Source of the DNA: Chiloscyllium plagiosum
Taxonomy: Eukaryota
Direction of reading: 5' to 3'
Assembly (NCBI RefSeq): GCF_004010195.1
Contig: NC_057754.1
Span: 4,036,223-4,100,222, forward strand
DNA: 64,000 bases
The notes under the pieces are model-generated. The model worked only from the letters and a program-made list of their open reading frames with translations, made no database searches and was not told the origin of the DNA. The translations under genes and the position numbers were made by a program. Positions within the stretch are counted from its first letter, which is position 1, and each line of letters opens with the position of its first letter. Below, in pieces: positions 12,257 through 25,708 of the stretch.

Positions 12257-14870
12257 CAGTGGTATTGTCACTAGACTAGTCAACTTGATCCAGGCTAAGG
12301 GTGTAGGGGTTTGAATCCCACTACAGCAAATGGTGAAATCTGAAATTCAGTTAAGAAATCTGAAATTAAAAGCTTGACCTTAAACCAATTGCTATAAAAC
12401 CCAGTCCAGTTCACTAATGTCCTTACCTGGTCTGGCCTACATGTGACTCTAGATCTGCAGCAACTCCCATGACTCCCATGAAGCAACTCCCATGAAGTTT
12501 AAATGACTCAGCAAGCCATTTGCTATGCCGCACACTACACTCAGGTATGTCTAACTGCTATAATGTCTGTTAAAAGGAATGAATCGGCCAGTTTCAATGG
12601 TACTTTACTGATCTTGCAAAGTTAGCCATTGTTTAAAAAAGAATCTGGGGCTAGTGCCTAAATTGAAAGAGCTGTTTCACAGACTCATCAAGCAACAGCC
12701 TGATGGAGTCATTCTCACATAATCATACTGACACACACAGTCTCAAACGACACCATCAATAACATAGCTTGGCAGCACAGAATATAGACTCAGAAGAAAG
12801 TTGCCCTGGAAGTCCCCTGTATGAATTCTGGATCGATGAAGTCTCATGGCATCAGGGCAGACATGGGTAAGGAAAATATATACTGATTACTAGCTACGTC
12901 ATCCCCAGCCCCGCTGATGGATTAGTTTTCCTTCAAGTTAAACAACACTTGGAAGACTCACTGAAGGTGGCAAAGGATGGGGATGGGGATGGGCTGGTTG
13001 CATTCTAAAGGCCATAGCTGCTGATCTGACTTGTGGCAAGTGGTGAGGGAGCCAACAAGATGAGAAAATGTACTTGACCTCATCTTGTTTCTGGATTAGT
13101 AGTGCTGGAAGAGCACAGCAGATCAGGCAGCATCCAAGGAGCAGTGAAATCGACGCTTCGGGCAAAAGTCCTTCATCAGGAATAAAGCCTCATCTTAACC
13201 AACCTATTTGTAGCAGATACAATTACCCATAGAATGGATAGGGGTGATCATTGCACATTGCTTGTGGAGACAAAGTCCTGCCTTCATGATGAGATGCTCT
13301 CAGGACTACCTGAATGGAATAGATTTCAAGCAGATCTAGCAACTCAAGACTAGGCGTGTAGAAGGCATCTTGGGCTATTCGAGGCAGCAGACATGTATTC
13401 AACCACAATCTGTAGCCTTGTGGCTGATATGACCCTACTCCAGCTTTACCACCAAGTCAGGGGATCAACCCTTGTTCAATGGAGAGTGCAGAAGGACATG
13501 CCAGGCGCAGCACCAGGCGTACCTAAAAATAACATGTTAATCTGATGAAGCCATCGCACAGGATTATTTGCTTGTTAAGCAGCATGCGATAAACAGGGCT
13601 AAGTGACCTACATCAACTGATCAGATCTAAGGTCTCCAATCCTGCCACATCCAGTCAAGAATGGTGACGAATGACTAACTCATTTGAGGAGGAATCTCCA
13701 CAAATGTCTGCATCTTCAGTGATGGGTGAGCCCAGCATCTCAGCATTTACACGCATCTATTACAATTACCTACAGCCAGATAAAGATGAGTGGATAATTG
13801 TCTTAGACCCAGTGTCACAGGTACCAGTCTTTAGCCAATTTGCTTCATTCTGCATGATTAAAGAAACAGCTGGAGTTACTGAACACTGCAAAGGATAGGG
13901 GTCCTGACAATATTCTGGCGTAGTGTCAAAGACTTGTGCTCCAGAACTAGCCATGGCCCTCACCAAGCTGTTCCTGCAGAGATACAACACTGCCCTCACT
14001 GACATCTACCAAGCATGTAAAATGCACTGGTACATCCTGTCCACAAAAAAAGGACAAATCTGACCATCAGTCTACTCTCAATCAATTAGCAAAGTGATGG
14101 TTTTGGGCTGGTAACTAACAGGTAACATTTGTGCCGCACAAGTTCCCTGACACGATCACCAACAAGAGAGAATTCAATCATCAACCTTTCTCATTCAATG
14201 GCATTACATCACGGAATCCTCTACAATCAATATCCTAGGGGGTTAGCATTGACCAAAAACTGAATGGACCAGTCATATAGATGCTTTGGCTACAAGAGTA
14301 GGACAGAGACTGGGAATCCTACAATGTGAAACCATTCTCCCCTCTCCCCAGAGCCTGCCCATCATCTGTCAGGCACAAGTCAGGCACGTAATGGACTACC
14401 CTCCATTTGCCCTGGAGAGGTTAAGCTCCAACAATACTCAAGAAGCTCAACACCATCAAAGATAAAGCAGCCCATTTGACTGGCACCATATAACACCTTC
14501 AGCATTCACTTCCTATACCATCGAACCACAGTGGCAGCAGTGTGTACCTTTTACAACTCGTGAAGACTCTTGCAACAGGACCTTCCAAATCCATTACCTC
14601 TACTACTGAGAAGGACAAGGGGCAGCAGGTATATGGAAATTTCCCTGCCATGCTCCACTGTGATGTGGACCTATGTCACTCTACTTTCACTGTCACTAGG
14701 TCAAAATCCTGGAGTTCCCTCCCTAACAGCATTGTGGGTGTCCTTACACCACACAGACTGCAACAAGTCAGGAAGGCAGTTTGCCACTATCCCCTTCTCA
14801 ATGGGCAATTAGGGATGGACAATAAATGTTGGTTTAGCCATTGATGCACACATCCTGTGAATGAATAAAA
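12257..14870 (+). mobile_element. Decayed, internally deleted non-LTR retrotransposon (CR1/L2/jockey-group RT)
   Basis: tRNA-like head, RT remnants GPDNI...KTCAPELAMALTKLF...PVHKK...ISLLS, 3' end ...gggcaattagggatggacaataaatg...gaatgaataaaa. Confidence 0.7.
13087..13187 (-). mobile_element. Penelope-type short element, family A, with decayed hammerhead
   Basis: TSD cctcatctt at 13078-13086 and 13188-13196; - strand CTGATGA...GAAG-C-GTC. Confidence 0.7.
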
Positions 14871-17800
14871 ATGATGAAGATTTTGATAGACTAAATAAGC
14901 AGAAGCTGCTTCCACTGGTAGGATGATGGTAACTATAAAAAGACAGATTTATGACCTGATAACCAAAGGGGAAAATAAGAAGGAACAGTGTAATGTTGTG
15001 ATCTGGTAGGGGCTGCCTAAAAGAATGTTGAAGTTCAACAGGAAGTTTGAACAGGGAATTAGATAAAAACAGAGGAACAGGAGAAGTTTAGCTCATCAAG
15101 CCCCACCCCCAATTTGGTGGAGAATTCCAAAGGTTCACCAGCTCAGAGTAAAATAATTTACCTACATCTCAGATCTAAGTAACATTCCCCCACCCCAATC
15201 TTTCAATGGTGCCCCTAGACTCTCTCAACTAGACTCTCCAAATTGACTTAGACTCTCCAACCGTGGAAGTTTATCTACCTGCATCTATCCTTTCTATCCT
15301 TTTAAATATTTAGTGAGTTTCAATGAGACCACCTGTCATTTTTCAAAGCTCTAGGGAATACAGGGCTGATTTTCCCCACAGTCTCACCATCCCAGGAATA
15401 AGTCTGGTGAACCTTTGTTCCACTCCCTGTAAGGCAGTAATAACCTTCCAGGTGTGATCTAACTGAACTCCTATCCAGACTGGAAAAAGTTGCAAGGCCT
15501 CAGTGAAACAGTGAGTTGAATGGGACTGTCCGGACTGTTTATTCAAAGTGCTGTCATAGGCGCTATGGGTGAAACGGCCTTGTTCTGTGCTATATCACTC
15601 TTTTTGGTTCTGTGCATCAAATTGACTGAGAGGGAGGGAGCAAGACAGAGAAAGGAATTGGGTCTGACAACGCAAGCAGCTTGCTGAGAGAGGAAGTGGT
15701 TTAATGAAAAAACGACAACTTCTTCAGCTACGCAAAACTGCTTTTAAAAAAAAATTTCCAGCCACCTCGGAGACTTCCGTGCAGAAGGCGCTTAGTTTCG
15801 GTCAGGCCTTTTTACCGTGGGAACTAACGTGAGTATCTGCAGAGCTCAAGGTAGGATGGCTCCGGTCATCCCGTAACTAAACCAAACTGAACTGTCTTTG
15901 CTCTCAGTTAAAATAAATTAAACCCACATCAGGATTAAAATTACGGGTCTTTCTTCATTCTGTTGCCATAGGTAATTCAGGTGATCAAGGCCTACATGCA
16001 GGTCAAAGCCAAGCATATGGGCTTTTTGAAGACTGTGAAAGGAGGGTGCTTGCATGGGGTGGGGGAATAATGAGCGAGAAGTCCTGAAGTTTCCTTTGAC
16101 CACCCGACAGAACAGATTCAGTTTGCAATCTGACACAGTGAGGATGTGGGGATGAGGAGTGTGGGATGAAGAGTGCCCTTGGAGGGTGGATGAGATTAAG
16201 CATTTAACAAGGTATAGAGAGAGAGATTCAGAGCAGATGGAGATAAATACCACAAGAGGAGAGGACTAAATTTTCTGATTGGGCAGTATTCCCCCTGAAT
16301 GGGTGGATGAATTTAATTAAAATCTGTACAAGGGAATGAGAGGAAATGAAGGTAAGATAGTTAGGTATCAATTTATATTTGCGATTTGCATTAGCCGTGA
16401 CCCTGCATTACCACAATTATATTTCATAGGGCACTTTAAATGTAATAAAATGTACATGGGAGCATTATCAAATAAAGTGCAATGTGAAACCACCAAAAGA
16501 GAGCTGACAGTAGGTGATCAGTAGCTTGGTCAGGGAAGCAGGGGAATTTAAGAGGCATCTGAAAGGAGAGTGAAAAAAGATTCAGGAAATGTACGATTTA
16601 ATGGCTTATAAACCTTGTTTGGTGTATATATATAATGACAGCAAAAATAAAACTCCCCCGGTTTCAATCGCAGGTGCAAAAATACTATTTTGGTATCTGT
16701 TGTTAAATATCTCTTCCATTTCAGTTTGACTGCCTGTTTTGAATTCGGGTCAGGCTCGATTTTGTTACCCCTACACGCAGTTTTATTAGAACTGTCTGGT
16801 GGCGGATTCTCTATCTCCAGGTATTCCCAATTGGTCTTCCTCTTCACTCTGCCATTTTCATTTTTGTTTTCCAGCCATCTTATCTGCTAGCTTATCATTG
16901 TCCACACCTTATTCATCTACCCCTTTCCAACGGGTTCTACCAAATTGGTCCCATTTTCACGCCTGAGCACAGATAGCAAGTGTCAGTGGGATATTTGACC
17001 TTGGGCATCATTGCAACACAACCCACTTTTATCCCCCATATTGTATGTTGCCACTTACTGGCATATATCTGGAAGAAGAATGGGGCACACTATAACAGAC
17101 TTTTGTTTTATTTCAGTACAAAGATATGGAAAACAGTTGTAGCAAACCTCCTCCCCCTTCCCAAATTGGTTTGGACAATTCAATAATATCCACCAGTAGC
17201 AAGGATCATTGGAACAGGAGAAAGCCATTCTGTCCCTTGAGCCTGTTATATTATTCAAAGAGATAATGCTTGATCTGTATCTCAACTCTGCCTGACCATC
17301 CTTGGCTCCATATCCCTGACTATACTTGGCTGGCAAAAAGAAAATTATCGATCTCAGGTTTAAAATGATTAATTGGGCTGGCAACTACTGCTTGTGGAGC
17401 AGAGTTCTGCATTTCTAACCATACTCTGTGAGAAAGAGTGTTTTTATTTTTTAATGGGATGTGGGTATTACTGGCAAGACTGGTATCTCTAATTGCCTTA
17501 GAATTAAATGATTGAGGCAGTTGAGAGTCTGGAACAAGGCTGTGGATCTGCATAGCTGTCCCTCTGAGTTTCTTACTGGTTGTGCAGGTCTCCAAGTCCT
17601 GTATGTGGCAACGACTTCCAGGACAGAAGGTCAATGCTGCAATCAGAATGCCAGGGCCAATCACCAAGCATGGAACCTTGGTGTGGTAGCCTAGGGGGAA
17701 TGTTGTTCTGGAGTTACATGTAATTGACACTGGGCAATCACTTTCTTCCCTAAGGGTTTTAGTGACTAGATTGGTTTTTGCAATAATCAATCTTAGATTC

Positions 17801-18339
17801 CTGGTCACCATTACTGAGACTACTTTTACATCTCAGATTTATTGAGTTAAATTTAAATTCCATCAGCTACCATGGTGAAATTTGAACATGTGTCCCTGGA
17901 GCACTTGCCCTGGACCTGTGGGTTATGGTTCCAGTGACATCACTATTACACCACCGTCTCCCTGCTTCCCAACCTCTCTGCTGGCTCTGGTTTTAAGGTT
18001 ATGTTCTCTGATCTAACCTTTTACCAACAACAGAAATAGTTTATCTCTATTCAGCTTGTTAATTTCTGTCGAAGTTTCAAAGTCATAAATTGAAATATCC
18101 CTTGAGTTTTTGTTATTCCAGGGCATATAAATCTTGTTTACGTAATTGCTCCTCATAACTTGACTCTTGGAGTCCTGGTAACATACTGGTGACTCTGTAC
18201 TTCATTTTTACTACGGCCAATAACTCTCTTCTGAGATATAGTGCCCAGAACTCTACAGTTACTCCAGGCATATTCAACCAGGCTGTAACTCCGTAAAACC
18301 AGCAAGAAATAACTGTCTCTATTCAGCAGTTTTAATGTT

Positions 18340-18955
18340 TTTTTTAATTCATTGATGGGATGTGGGCATTGCTGGCTGGGCCAGCATTTATTGCCTGTTT
18401 CTCAGGGCCCTTGAAAAGGTGATGGTGAGATATCCCCTTGAGTGATGAAAGGAAACTCACAATATTGTTAAGGAGGAAGTTTCAGGTTTTCACTCAGCGA
18501 CACTGAAGAAACAATGATATATTTCCAAATCAGGATGTGGAGTGGTTTAGTGGGGAACTTGCTAATGGTGGTGTTCCCATGTATTTGCTGTCCTTGTCCT
18601 TCTAGATGAATAGTGGTTATGGTTTTGGAAGGTGCTGCCTGAGGACCCTTGGTGAATTTCTGCAGTGCCTTTTGTAGATGGTACACATTGCAACTACTGA
18701 ACGTTGATGATGGAGGGTTTGAATGTTTGTGGATGTGGTGCCAATCAAATGGGTTGCTTTATCTTGGGTAGTGTCAAGCTTCTTGGGTGTTGTTGGAGCT
18801 GCACTCATCCAGGCAGGTGGGGATTGTGCATTGTAGATGGTGAGTGGGCTTTGGGGAGTCAGGAGGTGAGATAATTGCTGCAGGATTTCTAGCTTTTGAC
18901 CTGCTCTTGTTACCATAGTATTTATATGGCTAGTCCAATTCAATTGCTGGTCAAC
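18340..18955 (-). mobile_element. 3' fragment of the same LINE family as 12257..14870
   Basis: ORF NWTSHINTMVTRAGQKL...KKLDTTQDKA; same 3' tail; other copies at ~17450-17960 (-) and ~35760-36245 (+). Confidence 0.75.
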
Positions 18956-19224
18956 ATCCTTATAACTGAAGTAAAGCTTCCTCCCATTTATAATCCAGCT
19001 CTCCAGTTAGAGACCAATATTTTATTTGCATTTTGATTATTCATTGTACCTGACTTACTACATTTTTGTGAGCTGTGTATATGTACCTCAAAATATCTTT
19101 GGAGCACCACTACTCCTAGCTTTAAACCAGTTAAAAATACATGCAGTTGTCCTTTTTTGGCTTAAAAGGCAAGTGATCAGGATTTGGATCATCTGTGTTT
19201 GTTAGAGAATAACATACCACAGCA

Positions 19225-19590
19225 GACCCAGTGTACATCATAGACAATTGCAGATTTTGTGTATGCTGATTGAGACTGGTAGGCCCTGTGTATATCACTG
19301 AGAATGGCAAATCCTCTAAGTCGTTGAGAATGCCAGTTCCTGTGTATTTTATAGAGAATGGCAAACTCTATGTACATTATAAAAAAATGGGCAACTCCTG
19401 TGCATATTATAGGGGATGGTGGCTCCTGTGTATATTGTGAGGAACAGCAGCTTCCATGTATACTGTGGGGAATGGAGGCTCCCTTATACTGTAGGGAATA
19501 GCATCTCCCATGTATATTGTCGGGAATGATAGCTCCCGTGTCTACCTTGGGGAATAGCTGTTCCTGTATGTATTATAGAGAATAGCTAAT
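19225..19590 (+). repeat. Degenerate ~29-bp minisatellite (gggaatggcagctcctgtgtatattgta)
   Basis: About 11 diverged copies. Confidence 0.75.
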
Positions 19591-20951
19591 AGCGTGATTA
19601 AGCAGGCCAATATTTCAAAATATAAAGTCTAGTTGCTGTGAATCCTAAGGTCAAATTGGGGTTAATTTACTGCACAGTTGATTGGCAGGTCCTTGTGAAT
19701 ACCAGTGAAAAACAGCAGGAAGTAACTATCTCCTACCATCTTTTTTTTCTAATATCCTTCTGAAGCTTTGAAGTGTGGTAATGCTTTCAGAATTCATGGA
19801 TAGATAAAGGGATGATCAAAGCAGATATTTGTCAATGGATTGTCACATTAATCCAAATGTAAACTTTGCTTGCCAGGATTTACAGAGAAGGGTTCCTGTG
19901 TCTTGTGCAGAGAACAGCAATCCCTATCTATATTGCAGAGAAAAACAGTCCATTGCATACTACAGGGTGACCCCCGTGTCCGCGGAATCATTTTCTGTGA
20001 TTTCAGTGACCTGCGGTTTACCACAGCCCAAACCTATTACAGGGAACCTTCCGGCACCAGGGACCAGGACGCTGCTGGAAAGGTATTTGTCCATTTAAAG
20101 GAATGGGCTCGCTCCTATACATGGTTTCGGGCTTCCATGGCAGGTCTTGGAACATATCCCCCCCAGGTACGGGGGAACCACTGTATGTAGAACAGACGAC
20201 TTGGTGAATAATACATAGAGCATAATTTTTGATCACTGTTCTAACATCAGGGCCATCTCCCCCCAGACAATCCAATAATTCTGTATTATGCAATATTATT
20301 TTATTAGCAATTAGTATTTATAGATGAAGGGAGGACTTACATTTCTATTGTGTTTTTCATGACATGAAGGTGTTCCAAAATGCTTTACAGTCAGCAAAGT
20401 ATTCTTGTTACGTTGAAAATGCAGTTCCCATTTTGCTCACAGCAAGCTCCCACAAACAGCAGTGCGATAATGAACAGATCATCTGTTTTTCAATAATGTT
20501 AATGAAGGCTAAATATTGCTCCAGGACACTGGAGAGATTTACTCTGTGCTCTGAAACATGTCACTCTTGTGATGGCATATGGGTCTGTGGGTTTAAAGTT
20601 TTGTCCTAAATTTGATATGCTCCCTCAGTCCTGGGATGAACCTGCCTTGCTGATTTAGTTAATGGCGACCGGGTGAGAGAGACAATATCATCTACTGAGC
20701 CATGATCTCTGTGCATTTTGTCCTACCCCTTTTTAACAAGGTGCCTCATCCTATTTTTAAAAAAAATGATAGCACTTCTCTTTTTCACCAAGCGATTAAG
20801 ATGAGAGCATGATCTTGGTTGGCTCTTATTTCATATAGGGACAATTACTATGACTGTAGGCATTACTTAATCAGAGGTTAAAACTGACTGCCTGCTCCTT
20901 GCCTGAAGTAATTGGAACGAGGTCAGTCAGGTGGACCTCGTAGATTATGAG

Positions 20952-21145
20952 ACAAAAATAGAAATTGATGGAAAAGCTCAGCAGTTAATGTTCAGGTTGA
21001 ATGACCCTTCCTCAGAACTGGACCTGAAACATTAACTCTGATTTCTTGCCACAGATGCTGTCAGACTTGCTGCACTTTTCCAGCAATTTCTGTTTTTGTC
21101 TCTGATTTACAGCATCCCCAGTTCTTTTGGTTTAATTCTGATAAG
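20952..21145. mobile_element. Palindromic Penelope-type element, family D, inside the Gypsy 5' LTR
   Basis: Arms gacaaaaatagaaattgatggaaaagctcagca / tgcacttttccagcaatttctgtttttgtc; - strand CTGAGGA core; absent from the other LTR copies. Confidence 0.7.
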
Positions 21146-23784
21146 AGTATGAGTTCCCTGATTGGGGTTCTTAACCTGGTCCAATCAGGGAGTCCTGACT
21201 GATGGATATAAACAGGAGTGCCAGGTTTCTGTGCACTCTAGAAGCTGGCTCTGAGCAAGTTGGGCCAGTGTCATGACTATGTACGTGTAAATAAAGGGGG
21301 ACTTGGTGACGGGATGCCAGCCTTCATGGAGTTATTTCAGTGTAATAAGAAAAACACACCCCAAAAGAGATTCGCTCGCAACAATCTTCTTTGCATTGGG
21401 GTAAGCGTTTCTGGCAGCATGTCACTATTTGGGAAGTTACTCAACAGTTACAGAACCAGGGGAATCCATGTTGGGATTTTTTAATGAGGTTATGATGACT
21501 GGCAGAGGCATGTGATTTTGGTTTAACCATAAGTGAGGTAAGGAGAGACTGGTATGTGGGATTAATGATGTGACCATGCAAAAGTGCCCATTAGCTGAAG
21601 CCCAACTGGACTTGAAACAGGCACTACAACTAGCCCTGAAAGGAGAAAGTGTGGCAAGTGGAGCATATGAGTTACATAGTATTCCAACGGAAGTGGACAC
21701 CCTTGACAGGCTGACTGACCTTGGGGAACACCACTTGAGTGAAGGCAAGTGTGCAGCCTCACTCAGGACATATCTTGAATAGAGGGACCCTAGGTCAGGC
21801 AACAGCAAAATGCCAAAACAAAGCCTAGCCTTGGCTGACGGTTAAAATTTTCTTGAGGATCCAGGTTGGCAAGCCATTGTAGTTGCTGCCAGCATGAGGA
21901 CTTGAGGCAGCTAAAGAGCTCCATTGGGCATGAATTGAGTAAGAGAATTCATATGCTGGTATCCAGAAGAGTGCACACCCTGAAAAGATTACCTGCAGCT
22001 GATTTGGAACAGTTAAATTGCTTAGCAACATCCAGATCAGAATCAATCAACATAAACATTTAGTTAAATGGTCAGCCAATTCTAATGGAGGTCAATACTG
22101 GTGCAGCTGTATCAGTGATTACCAAAATTCATTCAGGACTCCAACCCTTAAGTTTGTGTTAGACCTCAGCTTGGATGAGAACCTATTCCGAGCAACCGCT
22201 CCGGATTAAGGGTACAACTTCGGTTCCGGTATGATTGTAGTGAAAGGCTTGGGTCCAAGCTTGAGGGAGTGAAATTTGTTGAGAAAGATTCAAATTGATT
22301 GGCTCAACATCTTTCGATTAGAAAATGGCTGTCTAAGGGAAGTCCTAATTAAATACCCTGAAATTTTTCAGGAAGGTCTAGGGGCTATCAAAGGGGCCAA
22401 GGCCACCTTGCAAGTTGACCAAGAAGCAATTCCATGATTCTGCAAGGCCTGCCCAGTGCTATTTGCTCTATGTACAAAAGTAAATGCAGAAATCGGGAAT
22501 CATCCAACAGTACAGTTTGTGGAATGGGCAGCAGCGGTCGTACCAATAATGAAGCCTGACGGCTCGGTTCACCTTTGTGGGGATTTTAAGCAAATAGTAA
22601 ACCACTTTTTGCAGCTGCATAGGTGCCCAATCCCTCACATGGAGAGTTACATGCAAAACTGGCTGTCCTTCACGAAGCTGGACATGAGCTATGTAAAGCT
22701 ACAACTGTGATTAGATGAGGATTCCCAGAAGTATGCTACAATTAATACCCATAAGAATTTGTACCAATATACAAGCCTGCCTTTTGGGTATTATCAAATT
22801 GTTACAACTTTCCAGCAGACCATGGAGAACAGGTCACCATTTATCTGGATGACACGCTACTAACTGGGAAGGCAAATAAAGAGCATTTAGAGAACTTGAG
22901 CATAGTGTTTAAACATTTCTCCAAGGCGGGGTATACCTTTGAAGGGAAAAATGGGTGTTCCAAGCACCCCAAATGACCCACTTGGGCTACAGAGTCAACA
23001 AAACTGGGTTACATCCATTGGAAGGTAAAGTGAGGGCAATCAAAGGTGCCCCAGCTCTCATGTCTGTACCAAAGTATTGGTCTTTCCTTGATGAATTATG
23101 GAAAATTCATACATAACTTGACCTCCATCCTGGCACCCTTACATCTGCTATTGAAAAAGTCTTGGAAATGGTCTCGTAGCCAAGATATGGCCTTTGGAGA
23201 AGTGAAGAAGCAGCATTTGTTGTCTAAGGTGTTGGGCACACCACAATCCCACACAAGATGACATGCTGACATGTGATGCCTCCCCATATGGTATCCGGGG
23301 TAGTGTTGGCTCACTGTTGGCCAGTGGAGAGAAATGCCTGATGGTGTATGCTTCCCAGACTTTGGCTGAGATTGAATGGAAATACACCCAGGTAGAGAAG
23401 GAAGGTTTGGCAGTCATCTTTGTTGTGAGAAAATTCCACCAATACCTTTTACGGATGTAAATTTGTGATAGTAATAAACCAGAAACCCCCAAGGCTACTT
23501 AAAGAGGACAAGGCCATGCTGCCCATGGCTTCAGGTCGAATTCAGCGGTAGGTTCTTATTCGGAGTGTGTACAATTACAAGTTGGAACACCATCTGGGAG
23601 GCCATGTGGCAAATGCAGATGCCTTGAGCTGCCTCCCACTGGCGGGCACCCCACCAATGGTGCCGTCACTCGACGAATCCACTCTGGTTTAAATTTTTCA
23701 GGACACCCCTCTGGCCAGTGCTGACAATATTGGACTGTTGACACAAAAAGATCCCGTCCTAGCAAAATTAAAATAGCTGGTGGT

Positions 23785-24033
23785 GGTGAGTTTTGAGAAG
23801 ATTTGTAGCCTAGGTTGAGGTTCTGGATGTAACTTTGCTCGCTGAGCTGGAAGGTTCATTTCCAGACCTCACCACAGGAAATGACATCATCAACCCAAAG
23901 AAACCCAAACATATAAATAGAAAGCAGGAATCATGTACAATGCTTCGCCTGGAGGCCCACTGAAGATGTTACCTAGAAAGGTAACGAAATGTCTGGAAAT
24001 GAACCTTCCAGCTCAGCGAGCAAACCTACATCC
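23785..24033 (+). mobile_element. Penelope-type element, family C, with hammerhead core
   Basis: TSD atagctggtggt at 23773-23784 and 24034-24045; inverted arms 23824-23867 / 23991-24034; cca-CTGAAGA-t-GTTACC...GGTAAC-GAAA-t-GTC-tgg at 23957-23996. Confidence 0.8.
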
Positions 24034-24142
24034 ATAGCTGGTGGTAATGGGAGAAACAAAAGGGCCATCACAACCAGAACTGAAACCTTTCTGTACCTGG
24101 CGAGATCAGATCACAGTAGAGGATGGCATATTATTACAGGGA

Positions 24143-24365
24143 GAAAGTGAGGTCTGCAGATGCTGGAGATCAGAGATGGAAATGTGTTGCTGGAAAAACG
24201 CAGCAGGTCAGGCAGCATCTAGGGAACAGGAGAATCGACGTTTCGGGCATTAGCCCTTCTTCAGGAAATCATCCTGAAGAAGGGCTAATGCCCGAAACGT
24301 CGATTCTCCTGTTCCCTAGATGCTGCCTGACCTGCTGCGTTTTTCCAGCAACACATTTCCATCTC
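24143..24365. mobile_element. Perfect palindromic Penelope-type element, family A, with two hammerhead cores
   Basis: 94-bp perfect inverted arms 24173-24266 / 24272-24365; duplication catattattacaggga at 24127-24142 and 24365-24380. Confidence 0.9.
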
Positions 24366-25708
24366 ATATTATTACAGGGAACAAGAGTGATTGTCCCGAG
24401 CAACGATTGCTGTCAGAACTCCATCAGGGTCATCCAAGGTTTCCAATATGAACATGTTGGCGAGAAGTTATGTCTGGCAGTCAGGTTTGGATGCTGACAC
24501 AACTACGTTGGTGGGGCAATATCCAGAATGCCAACAAGGACAAACATTACTGCCAGCAGCACCCCACATTTGTGGGGATGGCCGGGCAAACCCTGGACTG
24601 AGTTAAAGGCAACTATACGGGTCCTTTCATGGGCTCAATTTTCTTAGTCATTGTAAATACCCATGCAAAGTGGAGGAATGCACAGAGTTCATTCGAAAAA
24701 GCACAGGGATGATTGAAAATCTGCGAGCAAATTCTGAATTTGCAATACACGGACTCCCAGAGGTGTTAGTCACAGACAGTGGGCTAGTGTTCACCAGCAG
24801 GAAATTCGGAATTTCCTAAAGATGAATGGCATGAAGCATGTAAGGACCGCCCCATACCATCCATCATCCAATGGTCAGGCAGAAAGAGCAGTTCAAACTT
24901 TGAAGGCAGGCTTAAAGAAACAGCCTACATTCGATAGCCAACTGTCCTGGTTCTGTCTGATTATAGAACCACCCCTTACGAAATCACAGGGACAGCTCCA
25001 GCAGAGTTGCTAATAGGGAGAAGACTGTGCACCAGGTTAAACCTGATCGTTCTTGACCTGACAGGAGGGGGTGAAACTACATCAGGAACGCCAATCTGGA
25101 CGCAATGCTCCTCTAAACAAGATAGACAGTTTACTTCAGGGGATGAAGTTTGGTGTCAAAATCAGGGGAATATCCCTGCATGGGTAAGAGGCACAGTCGA
25201 AACGAGGTCACATCCCATGGCGTACAAAGTTTGAATAGATGAGGTGGTCCTGAACAAGCACATGGATCACATGACACCCACAATCTCTCAAATGTGGCAG
25301 GAGCAAAACATAGCCAGCCCCTCAGAACATCCAGCAAGGATGTCAGAACCCGTGAGTTCTCCCCCTCTGCCTAGCATCGAAGAAATCTCTCAGGACAAAA
25401 TGGAAAGGGCAGATGCTGCAGTGTTGATGCCATCACCACCTGAAGAAGAAGGTGACTTTCTTCCAAGACGCTCCGGGCGCAAGAGGTGGACTACGGTCCG
25501 ATACACGCCAGCAGAGTCGGAGCAACTGGACCTTGTTGAAAACTCCCCAGGAGAAACTACAGGAAAAAGAACAGGCCTATGTCCCAGGACTTAAAGGGGG
25601 AGAGATGTGATTGGAATGAGGTCAGCCAGCCATTGAATGAGTTCCTTGCTTGGGGCTGTTAAGCTGGTCCAATCAGGGAGCCCTGGCTGACAGATATAAA
25701 CAGGAGTG

